From positions 231,933 to 295,932 of the forward strand of contig JAEWOE010000006.1 of the NCBI GenBank assembly GCA_023460995.1: a stretch of 64,000 bases of DNA, written 5' to 3'. A program made the translations under genes and the position numbers. Below, in pieces: positions 18,969 to 29,060 of the stretch. The stretch is from Bacillota bacterium (lineage in GTDB: Bacteria; Bacillota_I; Bacilli_A; RF39; UBA660). Each line of letters begins with the position of its first letter. Position 1 is the first letter of the stretch. A model generated the notes under the pieces. The model worked only from the letters and a program-made list of their open reading frames with translations. It had not been told where the DNA came from and did no database searches.

Positions 18969-19802
18969 ATGAAAAGAGATAGGGGTTTTACTTTAATAGA
19001 ACTATTGGGAGTCATTATATTATTAGGAGTTATCATAGCGATAATTGTTCCTAAGATTAGTACAACAATAGAATCAAGTAAACAAAAGGCTGCAGCTGAT
19101 AACGGACTTGTATATATTAAAGCAACAAGAGATTACTATAATGCTAATATATTGAATAGTGACTTTATACTTAAAGATGGTAAAAACTATGTAAAAGATA
19201 TAGATGGGTATATAGAAATTAAAGGCGATAGACCGCTATCAGGTTATCTAACAATAACGGATGATAAGATTGTATATGCTAAAATGTGTATTAACTATTA
19301 TGAAGTTATATATCAGAATAATGATGCTAGTGTAACCGGAAAGTGTGATGGTGTTGATGAGGAAGAATCTAATAGTTACACATCATATGTAGCTGGTGCA
19401 GCAAAAGCATATATATATGTTGCGCCTGGTCAATTTGATGATAAGGCTGTACTCGGAGCTCCACAAAAAACATTAATAATATATGTTGATTCAGATGAAA
19501 AAGTTATAAGTGCTCACTGGGGATATGTTTTTGATACAATAGATCCAACTATAATTCAAAGTTATAGTTCGGAAATCAATTCTATTTACTCAAGTTTCCC
19601 AATTCCAGTAGATGTTTCACATTATTATATATTAGAAGAATTATCTGTTTTATATTTAATGGAAAATAATACTTATATGAATATGGATGGAGCACCAGTA
19701 GTAGACTATTCAGCATCTCTTGCTACAGTTTTTGATAGTTTAAATGCTACTATATTTGGTGGTGTTATATCAACAACAGTGTATAAAACAATTGTATTTT
19801 AA
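18969..19802 (+). CDS. Prepilin-type N-terminal cleavage/methylation domain protein (pilin/pseudopilin-like, 277 aa)
   Basis: MKRDRGFTLIELLGVIILLGVIIAIIV class III signal. Confidence 0.8.
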   Translation: MKRDRGFTLIELLGVIILLGVIIAIIVPKISTTIESSKQKAAADNGLVYIKATRDYYNANILNSDFILKDGKNYVKDIDGYIEIKGDRPLSGYLTITDDKIVYAKMCINYYEVIYQNNDASVTGKCDGVDEEESNSYTSYVAGAAKAYIYVAPGQFDDKAVLGAPQKTLIIYVDSDEKVISAHWGYVFDTIDPTIIQSYSSEINSIYSSFPIPVDVSHYYILEELSVLYLMENNTYMNMDGAPVVDYSASLATVFDSLNATIFGGVISTTVYKTIVF

Positions 19803-19830
19803 AAGCTAACAAAATTTTGTTAGCTTTTTT
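19801..19830. terminator. Bidirectional terminator shared by the two convergent pilin-like genes
   Basis: AAAAGCTAACAAAA/TTTTGTTAGCTTTT perfect 14-bp dyad. Confidence 0.7.
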
Positions 19831-20557
19831 ATCCTATAGGTGGATTATCTTCACATAAATGAGTATAAAAATTTAACACTTCGGTTTCATCATATACACT
19901 ATATTTAGCACAAAATGAACTGCCTTCTATTTCTGTAGAATATAAATTAATTCCACTTACTTCAATGTTACCATTAATACTTGTTAAAAATCCACTTTCA
20001 ATTTCAATAGGAGGATCTATAACTGCTGAATCTTGAAATGTTAAACTTAGTGTTTCGTTATTTAAAGAAAACTCTCTATATAAACCATCATTATTGTAAT
20101 ATAGTGCTTTGTCTAAAATGTAAGTTACTGTATCTCCAAAATCACAATAACTCATATCACCAGATGTAATAATATCACTAAAATATGTTTTGAATGAACA
20201 TAAATCATTATTTTTTATGTATATTCCAATTAATCCATCCTTAGTAACTTTTACATAGCCGTGCCCATTTTTAATTTTTCCATCGGTAGTTATAGAGGCA
20301 GTTGTACTACAGTTAGTTCCACTTTCATCACATTCATAAAGTTTGTTAGTATCAAAAAGATAAGCTTTAGTTTCAAAATCACTATTTTGAGATTCAGATT
20401 TAACTGTTGCTAATAAACCAGAAACACTAGCCATAAAAGCTTTTTTTCTTTGTTTTTCTATTGTTGTATTAACTGTTGGTACTATAATAATTCCTATTAA
20501 CCCTAAAATAACAATAACAGCAATTAATTCTACTATTGTAAATCCATTCTTTTTCAT
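19829..20557 (-). CDS. Prepilin-type N-terminal cleavage/methylation domain protein (pilin/pseudopilin-like, 242 aa)
   Basis: MKKNGFTIVELIAVIVILGLIGIIIVP. Start moved to ATG 20557, 5 nt after AGAGGTG. The tracked ORF carries an 18-codon upstream extension. Confidence 0.8.
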   Translation of the reverse strand: MKKNGFTIVELIAVIVILGLIGIIIVPTVNTTIEKQRKKAFMASVSGLLATVKSESQNSDFETKAYLFDTNKLYECDESGTNCSTTASITTDGKIKNGHGYVKVTKDGLIGIYIKNNDLCSFKTYFSDIITSGDMSYCDFGDTVTYILDKALYYNNDGLYREFSLNNETLSLTFQDSAVIDPPIEIESGFLTSINGNIEVSGINLYSTEIEGSSFCAKYSVYDETEVLNFYTHLCEDNPPIG

Positions 20558-20674
20558 AACTACACCTCTATTATCTATTGGTATTATATAATAAAATAAA
20601 CTTAATAGCAATAAACTTTCCTTTCTATCTTGCTAAAATATTACTTTGGTGTTAAAATATTTTTAGGTGATATT

Positions 20675-21028
20675 ATGAAAAGTAAGGAAGAAGCCATAAA
20701 GCTTATTACGAAGAAATTAAAAAATGATAGTTATCTTACGTATGATGAAATTTCTATTATTACAGGATATCACACTAAATATTTATTTAAATTAAAAAAC
20801 GAGATATTAAATGGAACTATCTCTTTACAACATGGTAATAAAAATAAAAAACCACATAATGCTATAAGTGAAATTGAAAAAGAAAAAATTAAACAGTTAT
20901 ATAGTAGATCATCTGCAAGTATAAGAAAATTTTGCAAGTTCTATGGTAAACATAGTTATTCATGTATATATAACATAGTTCATGATATAGAGAAAGAAAA
21001 AATCGAGAAGATTGAAATTAAAAAATAA
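20675..21028 (+). CDS. Stand-alone HTH protein resembling the N-terminal DNA-binding part of an IS transposase (ISNCY-like); no catalytic domain
   Basis: LTYDEISIITGYHTKYL...HGNKNKKPHNAIS...IRKF pattern. 117 aa. Start at ATG 20675, after TAGGTGAT. Confidence 0.4.
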   Translation: MKSKEEAIKLITKKLKNDSYLTYDEISIITGYHTKYLFKLKNEILNGTISLQHGNKNKKPHNAISEIEKEKIKQLYSRSSASIRKFCKFYGKHSYSCIYNIVHDIEKEKIEKIEIKK

Positions 21029-21049
21029 GGATTTGTCCTTATTTTTTTC
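21025..21049 (+). terminator. Intrinsic terminator
   Basis: ATAAGGA/TCCTTAT followed by T6. Confidence 0.6.
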
Positions 21050-21093
21050 ATATTTTGTTATGTTCGAAATATAATTCTATGGGAGGACAAACT

Positions 21094-23670
21094 ATGAAAT
21101 ATGATAGCAATGGATTAAATGATAATGATGTTTTAATAAGTCGCAAGAAAAATGGTACAAATTCTTTAATAATAGATCGAAAAAATAGTTTTTTAAAATT
21201 AGTCATTGAGTCTTTTGGTGACCCAATAATTAAAATATTATTAGTAGTACTGGGAATAAAAATAGTAATACTTTTTAAAGATTTTGATTGGTATGAAACA
21301 GTAGGAATTGTAATAGCTATTTTTTTAGCGTCTTTTATTTCCTCCTTATCAGAATATGGTAGTGAAAAAGCTTTTGATAAAATGCAAGATGAAGCTAGTA
21401 AAATAAAATGTAAGGTTAAAAGAAATAGAAATCTAGTAGAAATACCAATAGAAGAAGTAGTAGTTGGTGATATCGTTATTCTTGAAACTGGTGATAAAAT
21501 ACCTGCAGATGGTGTAGTTATAGACGGTGAAATTTCTGTTGATGAATCTATGATTAATGGAGAAACAAAAGAAGTGTATAAAAGAAAGTATATGCCAAAT
21601 TGTATAGATAATAGTTACATATATAAAGGGACAGTAGTTTGTCAGAAAAGAGCTACTATGTATGTAACAAAAGTTGGTGTTGATACAATGTATGGCAAAT
21701 TATCACTAGAACTTAGTGATAATACTAATGATAGCCCACTTAAACAAAGGTTAAAAACTCTTGCCTCTACAATTAGTAAATATGGATATATAGGAGCTTT
21801 TTTAGTAGCTGCTTCATATCTATTTTCTGTTTTTATTCTAGATGGCAATTATGGAATGTTCAGTGATATTAGAGTAATTACTGGACATTTATTATACGCT
21901 ATTACACTAGCTGTAACTGTTATTGTAGTTGCAGTGCCAGAAGGCTTACCCATGATGATAACATTAGTACTATCTTCTAATATGAAAAGAATGATAAAGA
22001 AAAATGTTTTAGTAAGAAAGTTAGTTGGTATAGAAACAGCGGGTAGTATGAATATTTTATTCACTGATAAGACAGGCACTTTAACAAAAGGAAAGCTAAG
22101 TGCAATAGGATATGTTACACCAAACTTAAGTTTGTTTAATAGCGAAGAACAACTTTATAGTTCAAATTATTATAATATTGTTAAAAAATCATGTATCTAT
22201 AGTAATACTACTATTAATGACGAAGGGGTAATGGTGGGTGGAAATAGTACCGAGAAAGCGGTCAGAAACTTTATAAAAAGTAGTATTAGTTACTTTAACA
22301 TCGAAAAGGAAATAGAATTTAATAGTACAAATAAATTTTCATCTATTACTGTGGATAAAATAAATTATATAAAGGGTGCTCCAGAAGTTATTTTAAGTAA
22401 TTGTACTAAGTATTTAGATGAGAACAATAATGAAAAATTCTTGCTAAATAAAAATCAAATTAACGAATATATAAAAATGGAAGCTGCTAAAGGAACTAGA
22501 GTTATCGCAATGAGTTACTCTAGATACCACGCAGATATTGATCCTATAAAAAGTAGTGTATTTCTTGGATTAATTCTTTTAAAGGATGAAATAAAGGATA
22601 ATGTCAAGGAGACTGTAACTGAACTTAAAGAAGCTGGAATTAAAGTTGTTATGGTGACTGGAGATAATAAAGAAACAGCCACTAATATTGCAAGGGAAGT
22701 TGGTATTTTAACAAGTGGAGTAGTAATAACAAGTAGTGAATTAAACAAGATGAAAGATGAGGAAGTAATTAGAATGCTCCCTAATCTTGAAGTATTAGCG
22801 AGAAGTATGCCAACAGATAAAAGCAGACTAGTTCATTTAGCGCAAAAATTAGAATTAGTTGTAGGTATGACTGGTGATGGTGTAAACGATGCCCCAGCTT
22901 TAAAAAAAGCAGATGTAGGATTTGCAATGGGTAGTGGAACAGAAGTTTCAAAAGAAGCTAGTGACATTATAATTTTAGACGATAATTTATCTTCTATTGA
23001 GAGTGCTGTAATGTTTGGAAGAACAATCTTTAAAAGTATAAGGAAATTTATTATATTTCAATTAACTGTAAACATGTGTGCAGTAAGTTTATCAATAGTT
23101 GGTCCATTTATAGGTATAGAATCACCAATAACAGTTGTTCAAATGTTATGGATAAATATGGTTATGGATACTCTAGCTGGATTAGCGTTCTCATTTGAAC
23201 CACCTCTTAAAGAATATATGAAAGAAAAGCCTAAGAAAAGAAATGAAAGAATAATAAATAAGTATATGAAAAATGAAATATTGTTTACAGGTGCTTATTC
23301 TTCATTTCTCTGTGTTATCTTTCTAAAATCTAACTATTTGAATAGTCTTTTTGGAAATAATTTAAACACTATTTTTACAGCATTCTTTGGATTATTTATT
23401 TTTATAGCTATATTTAACAGCTTTAATGCAAGAACAAGTAGACTTAATATTTTTGCGGATGTAATAAGAAACAAAGTATTCTTAATAGTTCTCATATTTA
23501 TAATAATTATTCAAGTATTAATGATTTATCATGGTGGTAATATTTTTAGAACAAATGGCCTATCAATGTATGAATTTAATATTATGCTTATTCTAGCTTC
23601 AACAGTAGTGCCAATTGATCTAATTAGAAAATTTTACATAAAGAGACGTAATTTGTTTGGAGGAGTATAA
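21094..23670 (+). CDS. P-type cation ATPase, Ca2+-transporting (PMCA-like)
   Basis: DKTGTLT phosphorylation site, TGDNKETA, GDGVNDAPALKKADVG. Start at ATG 21094, after GGGAGG. Confidence 0.85.
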   Translation: MKYDSNGLNDNDVLISRKKNGTNSLIIDRKNSFLKLVIESFGDPIIKILLVVLGIKIVILFKDFDWYETVGIVIAIFLASFISSLSEYGSEKAFDKMQDEASKIKCKVKRNRNLVEIPIEEVVVGDIVILETGDKIPADGVVIDGEISVDESMINGETKEVYKRKYMPNCIDNSYIYKGTVVCQKRATMYVTKVGVDTMYGKLSLELSDNTNDSPLKQRLKTLASTISKYGYIGAFLVAASYLFSVFILDGNYGMFSDIRVITGHLLYAITLAVTVIVVAVPEGLPMMITLVLSSNMKRMIKKNVLVRKLVGIETAGSMNILFTDKTGTLTKGKLSAIGYVTPNLSLFNSEEQLYSSNYYNIVKKSCIYSNTTINDEGVMVGGNSTEKAVRNFIKSSISYFNIEKEIEFNSTNKFSSITVDKINYIKGAPEVILSNCTKYLDENNNEKFLLNKNQINEYIKMEAAKGTRVIAMSYSRYHADIDPIKSSVFLGLILLKDEIKDNVKETVTELKEAGIKVVMVTGDNKETATNIAREVGILTSGVVITSSELNKMKDEEVIRMLPNLEVLARSMPTDKSRLVHLAQKLELVVGMTGDGVNDAPALKKADVGFAMGSGTEVSKEASDIIILDDNLSSIESAVMFGRTIFKSIRKFIIFQLTVNMCAVSLSIVGPFIGIESPITVVQMLWINMVMDTLAGLAFSFEPPLKEYMKEKPKKRNERIINKYMKNEILFTGAYSSFLCVIFLKSNYLNSLFGNNLNTIFTAFFGLFIFIAIFNSFNARTSRLNIFADVIRNKVFLIVLIFIIIIQVLMIYHGGNIFRTNGLSMYEFNIMLILASTVVPIDLIRKFYIKRRNLFGGV

Positions 23671-24461
23671 TGAAAAATAATTTAATTCTATTTTTAAAAG
23701 GAGTGATTATTGGAATAGGTAAGATTATACCTGGCGTTAGTGGCGCAATGTTAGCTATATCATTAGGTGTTTATGAAGAATTAGTATCATCAATGGCAAA
23801 TATCAATAAAATTAATAAACAAAAATTTAAGTTTCTAATAATTATTGGGCTAGGTATGATATTGTCCATAATGTTATCAAGTAAAGTTATAATATATTGT
23901 TTAAATAATTATTATCTTCCAACAATGTTACTATTTATAGGTATGATTACAGGGTGTATTCCACAAACCTTGAAAATCACTAAAAAAACAGTTTCAAAAA
24001 AAAATGTTATATTACTTGTAATACCTTTTATAATTCTTCTATTATTAAGTTTTGTTTCAAATAGTGAATTTAATATTAAGACTAACTTCTTTAATTTAAT
24101 TCTAATAGGATTAATAGAAGCACTTACTATGATAGTTCCAGGTATTAGTGGTAGTGCGGTACTTATGTTACTTGGAGTTTATGAAGTAATTATTAATTCT
24201 TTATCCTCGCTTAATAATTTGGCAATATTAATACCTTTCTTAATAGGAACAATTTTAGGTCTATTACTATTATCAAAATTAATAAACCGACTCTTTTTAA
24301 AATATAACATATCCTGTTATTATGTAATCTTAGGATTTACAATTACTAGTATATTTATATTATTAGGTGATATCTTCGTTATTAGTTATTCCTTTTATGA
24401 AATTTTTAAAGGCATATTATTTTTGATATTTGGTTTTTATATCAGTTATAAATTGGATTAA
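23670..24461 (+). CDS. DUF368-family polytopic membrane protein (family linked to undecaprenyl-phosphate recycling)
   Basis: Duplicated G(V/I)SG..(M/L)L..LGVYE motifs. Start overlaps the ATPase stop (TAATG). Confidence 0.65.
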   Translation: MKNNLILFLKGVIIGIGKIIPGVSGAMLAISLGVYEELVSSMANINKINKQKFKFLIIIGLGMILSIMLSSKVIIYCLNNYYLPTMLLFIGMITGCIPQTLKITKKTVSKKNVILLVIPFIILLLLSFVSNSEFNIKTNFFNLILIGLIEALTMIVPGISGSAVLMLLGVYEVIINSLSSLNNLAILIPFLIGTILGLLLLSKLINRLFLKYNISCYYVILGFTITSIFILLGDIFVISYSFYEIFKGILFLIFGFYISYKLD

Positions 24462-24491
24462 AAATGTGATATAATTATGTTAGGTGATAAA

Positions 24492-25721
24492 ATGGTCAAG
24501 AGGAAAAGAAAAATTAAAATTAAAAATATTGTTTTACTGTTAATAATACTTACTATGTTCTTTATAGCTATATATAAAATAGTAACTCATAATGATTTTA
24601 AAGTTACTTTGAAAAGGACAACATTTGAAATTGGTGAAGAGTATACTAATGACTTTGTCGCTACATATAAAGGTGATGATGTAACGGATAAAGTTGAAGT
24701 AACTCATAATATATATAGTAATGCAGTAGGAAAGTATCAAGTTGTTTTTAGTTATTCTGTGGAAAACAAGCAATATAAAGTTACGAAAACAATAGAGATT
24801 CAAGATGTTACTAAACCAGAAATTAAACTAAAAAGTGGTGAAACCATTATGGTTGTTTTGGGTAATAAATTTGCTGATCCGGGCTATACTGCTGTAGATG
24901 ATTATGATGGCGATATAACTAATAATGTTAAAGTATCTGGAGAAGTTGATACTGATAAAGAAGGTTCATATACATTAAAATATACAGTATCTGATTCTAG
25001 CGATAATAAGACTGTAGTAAAAAGAAAAGTAACTGTTACTACTAATTCTCCACTTACAATGTCTTTAAAAGACTTTAGTTTAACTGGCTATTTTACTAAT
25101 GTATTACTAAATGATACAAAAGACGCTGGTGAAAAATATACAGATAACTTTATTTTTGTCGGAGATAGTACAGCTTTATATTATGTAATGAATAAAGTTA
25201 TAACTGGTAAACAATTATGGCATAAAGAAGGAGTAAGCTTAGAAACTATATTTACACAAAATATATATATTAACCATATAGATTCTAAATTAAACTTGAT
25301 AGATGCCTTTGAAAAAAATAAACCAGCTAAAGTATTGCTATCTCTTGGAACTAACAGTGTATCAACAATGGAGATTGATTACTTTATTGAAAAATATGAA
25401 CAACTATTAACTAGTTTAAAAAAAGTTAGTCCTAGTTCATTAATAATTGTACAATCTATCTTTCCAGTTGCTGCATCTTTAGATGAAGCAGGAAAAGGAT
25501 TAAATAATGATAAAATCAACAAAATGAATTATAAATTATTAGAATTATGTAGTAAGCTAGATATACCATTTTTAAATACAGCTGAGGTATTAAAAGATGA
25601 AAATGGTCAGCTTAAAGATGGATATTTCCGTACAACTGCAAACGAAAATGGTGTTCATTTATCAGAAGAAGGAAATAAAGTGGCAATGCAATATTTTAGA
25701 ACACATGCATATGAAAACTAG
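24492..25721 (+). CDS. Membrane-anchored protein with an Ig-like (DUF5011-type) domain and a C-terminal SGNH/GDSL-like hydrolase domain
   Basis: N-terminal TM. PGYTAVDDYDGDIT...YTLKYTVSDSSDN. FVGDST and GVHLSEEG motifs. Confidence 0.55.
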   Translation: MVKRKRKIKIKNIVLLLIILTMFFIAIYKIVTHNDFKVTLKRTTFEIGEEYTNDFVATYKGDDVTDKVEVTHNIYSNAVGKYQVVFSYSVENKQYKVTKTIEIQDVTKPEIKLKSGETIMVVLGNKFADPGYTAVDDYDGDITNNVKVSGEVDTDKEGSYTLKYTVSDSSDNKTVVKRKVTVTTNSPLTMSLKDFSLTGYFTNVLLNDTKDAGEKYTDNFIFVGDSTALYYVMNKVITGKQLWHKEGVSLETIFTQNIYINHIDSKLNLIDAFEKNKPAKVLLSLGTNSVSTMEIDYFIEKYEQLLTSLKKVSPSSLIIVQSIFPVAASLDEAGKGLNNDKINKMNYKLLELCSKLDIPFLNTAEVLKDENGQLKDGYFRTTANENGVHLSEEGNKVAMQYFRTHAYEN

Positions 25722-25741
25722 TAAGAAATTACTAGTTTTTT
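25716..25741 (+). terminator. Intrinsic terminator
   Basis: AACTAGTAA/TTACTAGTT followed by a T-run. Confidence 0.7.
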
Positions 25742-25764
25742 CATATACTATAATGGGTGATAAT

Positions 25765-26088
25765 ATGAAAGATAAACTTCCTAAGGTTTTTGCTAATTCT
25801 TTAAATAGGCAAATTAAAAATAATGAAAGAGTATATCATTTTAAAGAAAATGAAATAGAACCAGAATCAAAAGTTGTACCAGAAAAAAAGATACAGACAG
25901 AAAGTGTTAATGATAAGATAAATTCATTATTTAAATCAACAAGATATGTATACAAAATGGACGTAGAAATTACCACAAAAAGTGGCACAGTAAAAAAGAA
26001 AATAATAGGTAAAAATAAAACTAATTTAATTACTATGGAAAATGAGTTAATAGCAATTTCGGATATTTTGGATATAAAAGTATTGTGA
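25765..26088 (+). CDS. Hypothetical protein (107 aa)
   Basis: True start is ATG 25765, after GGTGAT (25756-25761). The tracked ORF from 25597 overlaps the upstream gene and terminator. Confidence 0.55.
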   Translation: MKDKLPKVFANSLNRQIKNNERVYHFKENEIEPESKVVPEKKIQTESVNDKINSLFKSTRYVYKMDVEITTKSGTVKKKIIGKNKTNLITMENELIAISDILDIKVL

Positions 26089-26142
26089 CTTTTAAAATAA
26101 GATTAAATATAGTATAATTAACATCATGAAAGAGGGCATATT

Positions 26143-26940
26143 ATGAAAAATAGTTACAAAAGTACTTTAATAGCGTTATTATTAACTTTAGTCATAGTGA
26201 TTGGTGGCTCTTTTGTTGTTAATGCACTTAATACAAATGAAAGTAAGAAGGTATATACTTCTAATAGCAAGGTAGAAACAAAAAGTTCAAATAATATAGA
26301 TCAGAATAAAAAAACTACTAATGATTTTTCAAATAATGATGAAATTTCTATTAATGATGAAATAGTTATTGAAGATACTAGTTCTGCGTCAGCTATAGAG
26401 GCATCTGAAGTGGGAAGTGATATTATAATAGATAATTCTGCTCCTATTGATAATCAAGCAATAGAGTATTTTGAAAAAGCTGAAGTTAAAGTTGATACTA
26501 TGTACGATAGTATTGATAAAGTTAAAAAAGAAGGAAAAGCTTTATTTGTAAAATTAGTAGACTTTGTTTTTTATGATACAAAAATTAATGGCATTAAATT
26601 TAGAGATTTAACAGTCGCAACACAAGAAAAACTAATAGCTATTGTAAATAGTATAGATAGGAAAATCGAATCAAAAATACCGGGTTACAAAGAAACAGTA
26701 ACTGATTATGCAGGTAAAACATATACATATTTAAGTGAAAAATTAAAACAAGGTAAAACATATATCGATACAAAAATAACTGAGAATGTTGACCCAGATA
26801 AATACGCTGAAGTTAAAGAAGAAACTAGTGGTGCACTAGATACAATTAAGGAAAGTGTTAGTAAAGCAATCGACATAAGCAAGGAAACGTTAACAACCGG
26901 AAAAGAAAAACTAAAAAAATGGTACGAAGGATGGAAATAG
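26143..26940 (+). CDS. Hypothetical secreted/membrane-anchored protein (265 aa)
   Basis: N-terminal hydrophobic segment and an acidic, low-complexity linker. Confidence 0.55.
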   Translation: MKNSYKSTLIALLLTLVIVIGGSFVVNALNTNESKKVYTSNSKVETKSSNNIDQNKKTTNDFSNNDEISINDEIVIEDTSSASAIEASEVGSDIIIDNSAPIDNQAIEYFEKAEVKVDTMYDSIDKVKKEGKALFVKLVDFVFYDTKINGIKFRDLTVATQEKLIAIVNSIDRKIESKIPGYKETVTDYAGKTYTYLSEKLKQGKTYIDTKITENVDPDKYAEVKEETSGALDTIKESVSKAIDISKETLTTGKEKLKKWYEGWK

Positions 26941-26951
26941 CATCCTTTTTT
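26927..26951 (+). terminator. Intrinsic terminator
   Basis: AAGGATG/CATCCTT followed by a T-run. Confidence 0.65.
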
Positions 26952-26952
26952 A

Positions 26953-26982
26953 TTGCATAAATATAGTAAAAAATGATACAAT
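26953..26982 (+). promoter_or_regulatory. Promoter of the LytTR regulator / kinase operon
   Basis: TTGCAT 26953-26958, 18-nt spacer, TG-extended TACAAT 26977-26982. Confidence 0.6.
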
Positions 26983-27020
26983 GTCAGTGGATTGTTAGCA
27001 AAATGCTAGTGGTGATGTGA

Positions 27021-27731
27021 ATGGTAGAGTTTATTATTTGTGATGATGATAAGAAATTTCTAAAACAAGTTGAAGATCTTATCTCTAAAATTATGGTAAA
27101 GAAGAAAATAGAATATGATATTTTAAAATTTTATGATTACGATGATAAATTTTTTAATCATATTGCAGCCAAGGAATGCATGCGCATTTTTATCCTTGAT
27201 ATAGAGACACCTACTAACTCAGGAATAATAGTTGGTAGAAAAATTAGAAAAACGGATTATGAAAGTCCAATAATATTTTTGACGGGACATGAAGAGTTAG
27301 GAAATATGCTATTACGTAAAGATTTAATGTTTTTAGCATTTATTAATAAATTTGAGGAATTTAATACAAGATTAAAAAAGACTATTGAAAAGGCATTAGC
27401 TATTTCAAATAAAAAAACATATTTAGATATAGATAGTCACGGAATAACATATAAAATTGCATTTGATAAAATACTTTATATTACTAGAGATAGTGTAGAA
27501 AGAAAGACTCTTATAGTAACTGAGATTAATACACATAAAATATTAAAAAGCTTGTCTGAAGTGGTTGAGAGTCTCGATGATAGATTCATTCAAACTCATA
27601 GGGCCTGTATAATAAATAGTGATAGGGCTGAAGAAATTAATTATAAACAAAAATACATCTTGTTTGATAACGGAATTAAAATTGATTTAATATCTAATAA
27701 TTACAAGATAGGAGGAAGAACAAAGTGTTAG
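27021..27731 (+). CDS. LytTR-family response regulator (AgrA-like)
   Basis: Receiver domain (ICDDD...FILDIETP) and a C-terminal LytTR-type DNA-binding domain. Confidence 0.8.
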   Translation: MVEFIICDDDKKFLKQVEDLISKIMVKKKIEYDILKFYDYDDKFFNHIAAKECMRIFILDIETPTNSGIIVGRKIRKTDYESPIIFLTGHEELGNMLLRKDLMFLAFINKFEEFNTRLKKTIEKALAISNKKTYLDIDSHGITYKIAFDKILYITRDSVERKTLIVTEINTHKILKSLSEVVESLDDRFIQTHRACIINSDRAEEINYKQKYILFDNGIKIDLISNNYKIGGRTKC

Positions 27732-29056
27732 ATGGAATTGTTGACTTATATGGATTAGTATTATTAAAAATTTTCATTATTGCTTCTTTATATAAAATAA
27801 ATAATAAAAAGCTTTATATCAAGGATAAAGATTTTTATATATGCACTGCTATATATCTTCTAATACAAATAGTTTTTGGAGGAGAGATTTTCTATAACGT
27901 AAGACCATTTATAAATTTTCTTTCATTAATCATAATATGTTGGAGAATTTTAAAAAAAGAATTAATTCAGTCTTTGCTGTCAGCAATATTTATATATTTT
28001 TTTATGATAGTGTTTGAGTTTTTATTAATTTTTTTAGTCTTAGCAATAGCGAGAATAACAACAACCATATCTTTGTCACTGCTCTTAAAATTAATTGATG
28101 GGAATACTGTTTATTCTTTTTTAATTAATGCAATTTTTGCTATGTTTTTTTACTGCTTCTGTAGTATTAAGAAAGTTTTAAAAGTATATGGTTATATGGA
28201 TAATTACCTATATAAGAATAGATTCAAAAAAAGTTATTCTCTTATTTTTCCGATCTTCTTATTCTTATTATTTTCTTTTTGGATTTTATGTTTTAGTAAT
28301 AATTTGGTAGTAATAATATCTATATATTTCGTTATTTTTATATTTACAAGCTATATTATTTTTAACAGTTTTTGTATAAGTAATGATTATGAAAAAGCGA
28401 AGGAAAAATATACAAAAACCTATAATAGTTTAATTGAGTATGAACAAATGATTGATAAGTATAGAATAAATAATCATGAAAATAAAAATCAATTGCAGAT
28501 GATAAGAAATATGATAAGACAAAAAGATAAATCTGTTGATAAATATATAGACAATTTATTAGATACTGTCTATACAGTAAATGAGTCAATTATGATGGAT
28601 GTTTCTATTATTCCTGCGGGTGGCTTACGTGCTACAATTTATTCAAAATTAGTAACAATGGATAATAATGGTATTAAGCATATTATGAATATTGATCATG
28701 GATTAAGGAATGTAGATTTTTTTGAAAACAATCCGAAGATAACACTAAAAATTTGCGATTTACTAAGTATTTTTATTGATAATGCCATTGATGAGGTGAA
28801 GCTTCAGGATGATAAATGTATTAATTTGGATATTTTTTTAGAAGATGAGAATAGAATGATTTTTGAAATTTCTAATTATGTCGTTAGTAAATTTGATTTT
28901 AATAAAATATTTGATAGCCGATATACTACAAAAAGTGATGGGCATGGTTATGGTCTTGTTTTAGCTAAAGAAATAATTGAAAGTGAGACAATTATTTCTA
29001 ATGAAACATCAATTGTTAATGATGTCTTCATTCAAAAAATAATAGTAATAATTTAA
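27725..29056 (+). CDS. AgrC-like (HPK10) membrane sensor histidine kinase
   Basis: About 6 N-terminal TM segments, H-box NHENKNQLQ, and a GHKL ATPase region with DGHGYGL. GTG start overlaps the regulator gene by 7 nt. Confidence 0.75.
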   Translation: MLDGIVDLYGLVLLKIFIIASLYKINNKKLYIKDKDFYICTAIYLLIQIVFGGEIFYNVRPFINFLSLIIICWRILKKELIQSLLSAIFIYFFMIVFEFLLIFLVLAIARITTTISLSLLLKLIDGNTVYSFLINAIFAMFFYCFCSIKKVLKVYGYMDNYLYKNRFKKSYSLIFPIFLFLLFSFWILCFSNNLVVIISIYFVIFIFTSYIIFNSFCISNDYEKAKEKYTKTYNSLIEYEQMIDKYRINNHENKNQLQMIRNMIRQKDKSVDKYIDNLLDTVYTVNESIMMDVSIIPAGGLRATIYSKLVTMDNNGIKHIMNIDHGLRNVDFFENNPKITLKICDLLSIFIDNAIDEVKLQDDKCINLDIFLEDENRMIFEISNYVVSKFDFNKIFDSRYTTKSDGHGYGLVLAKEIIESETIISNETSIVNDVFIQKIIVII

Positions 29057-29060
29057 TGAA

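Noticed and set aside
25597-25764. 5' extension of the tracked ORF 25597-26088
   Set aside because: The extension overlaps the end of the upstream gene and its terminator. A GGTGAT-N3-ATG start at 25765 fits the local pattern.
28951-28961. Extra copies of GGTCTTGTTTT at 28951 (kinase gene) and of GGTCTTGTTTTGG at 49193 (island membrane-protein gene)
   Set aside because: Both lie in frame in coding DNA, encoding G-L-V-L and W-S-C-F-G with T-rich codons. They are single rather than tandem copies, so they are probably coincidental and not att-arm sites.
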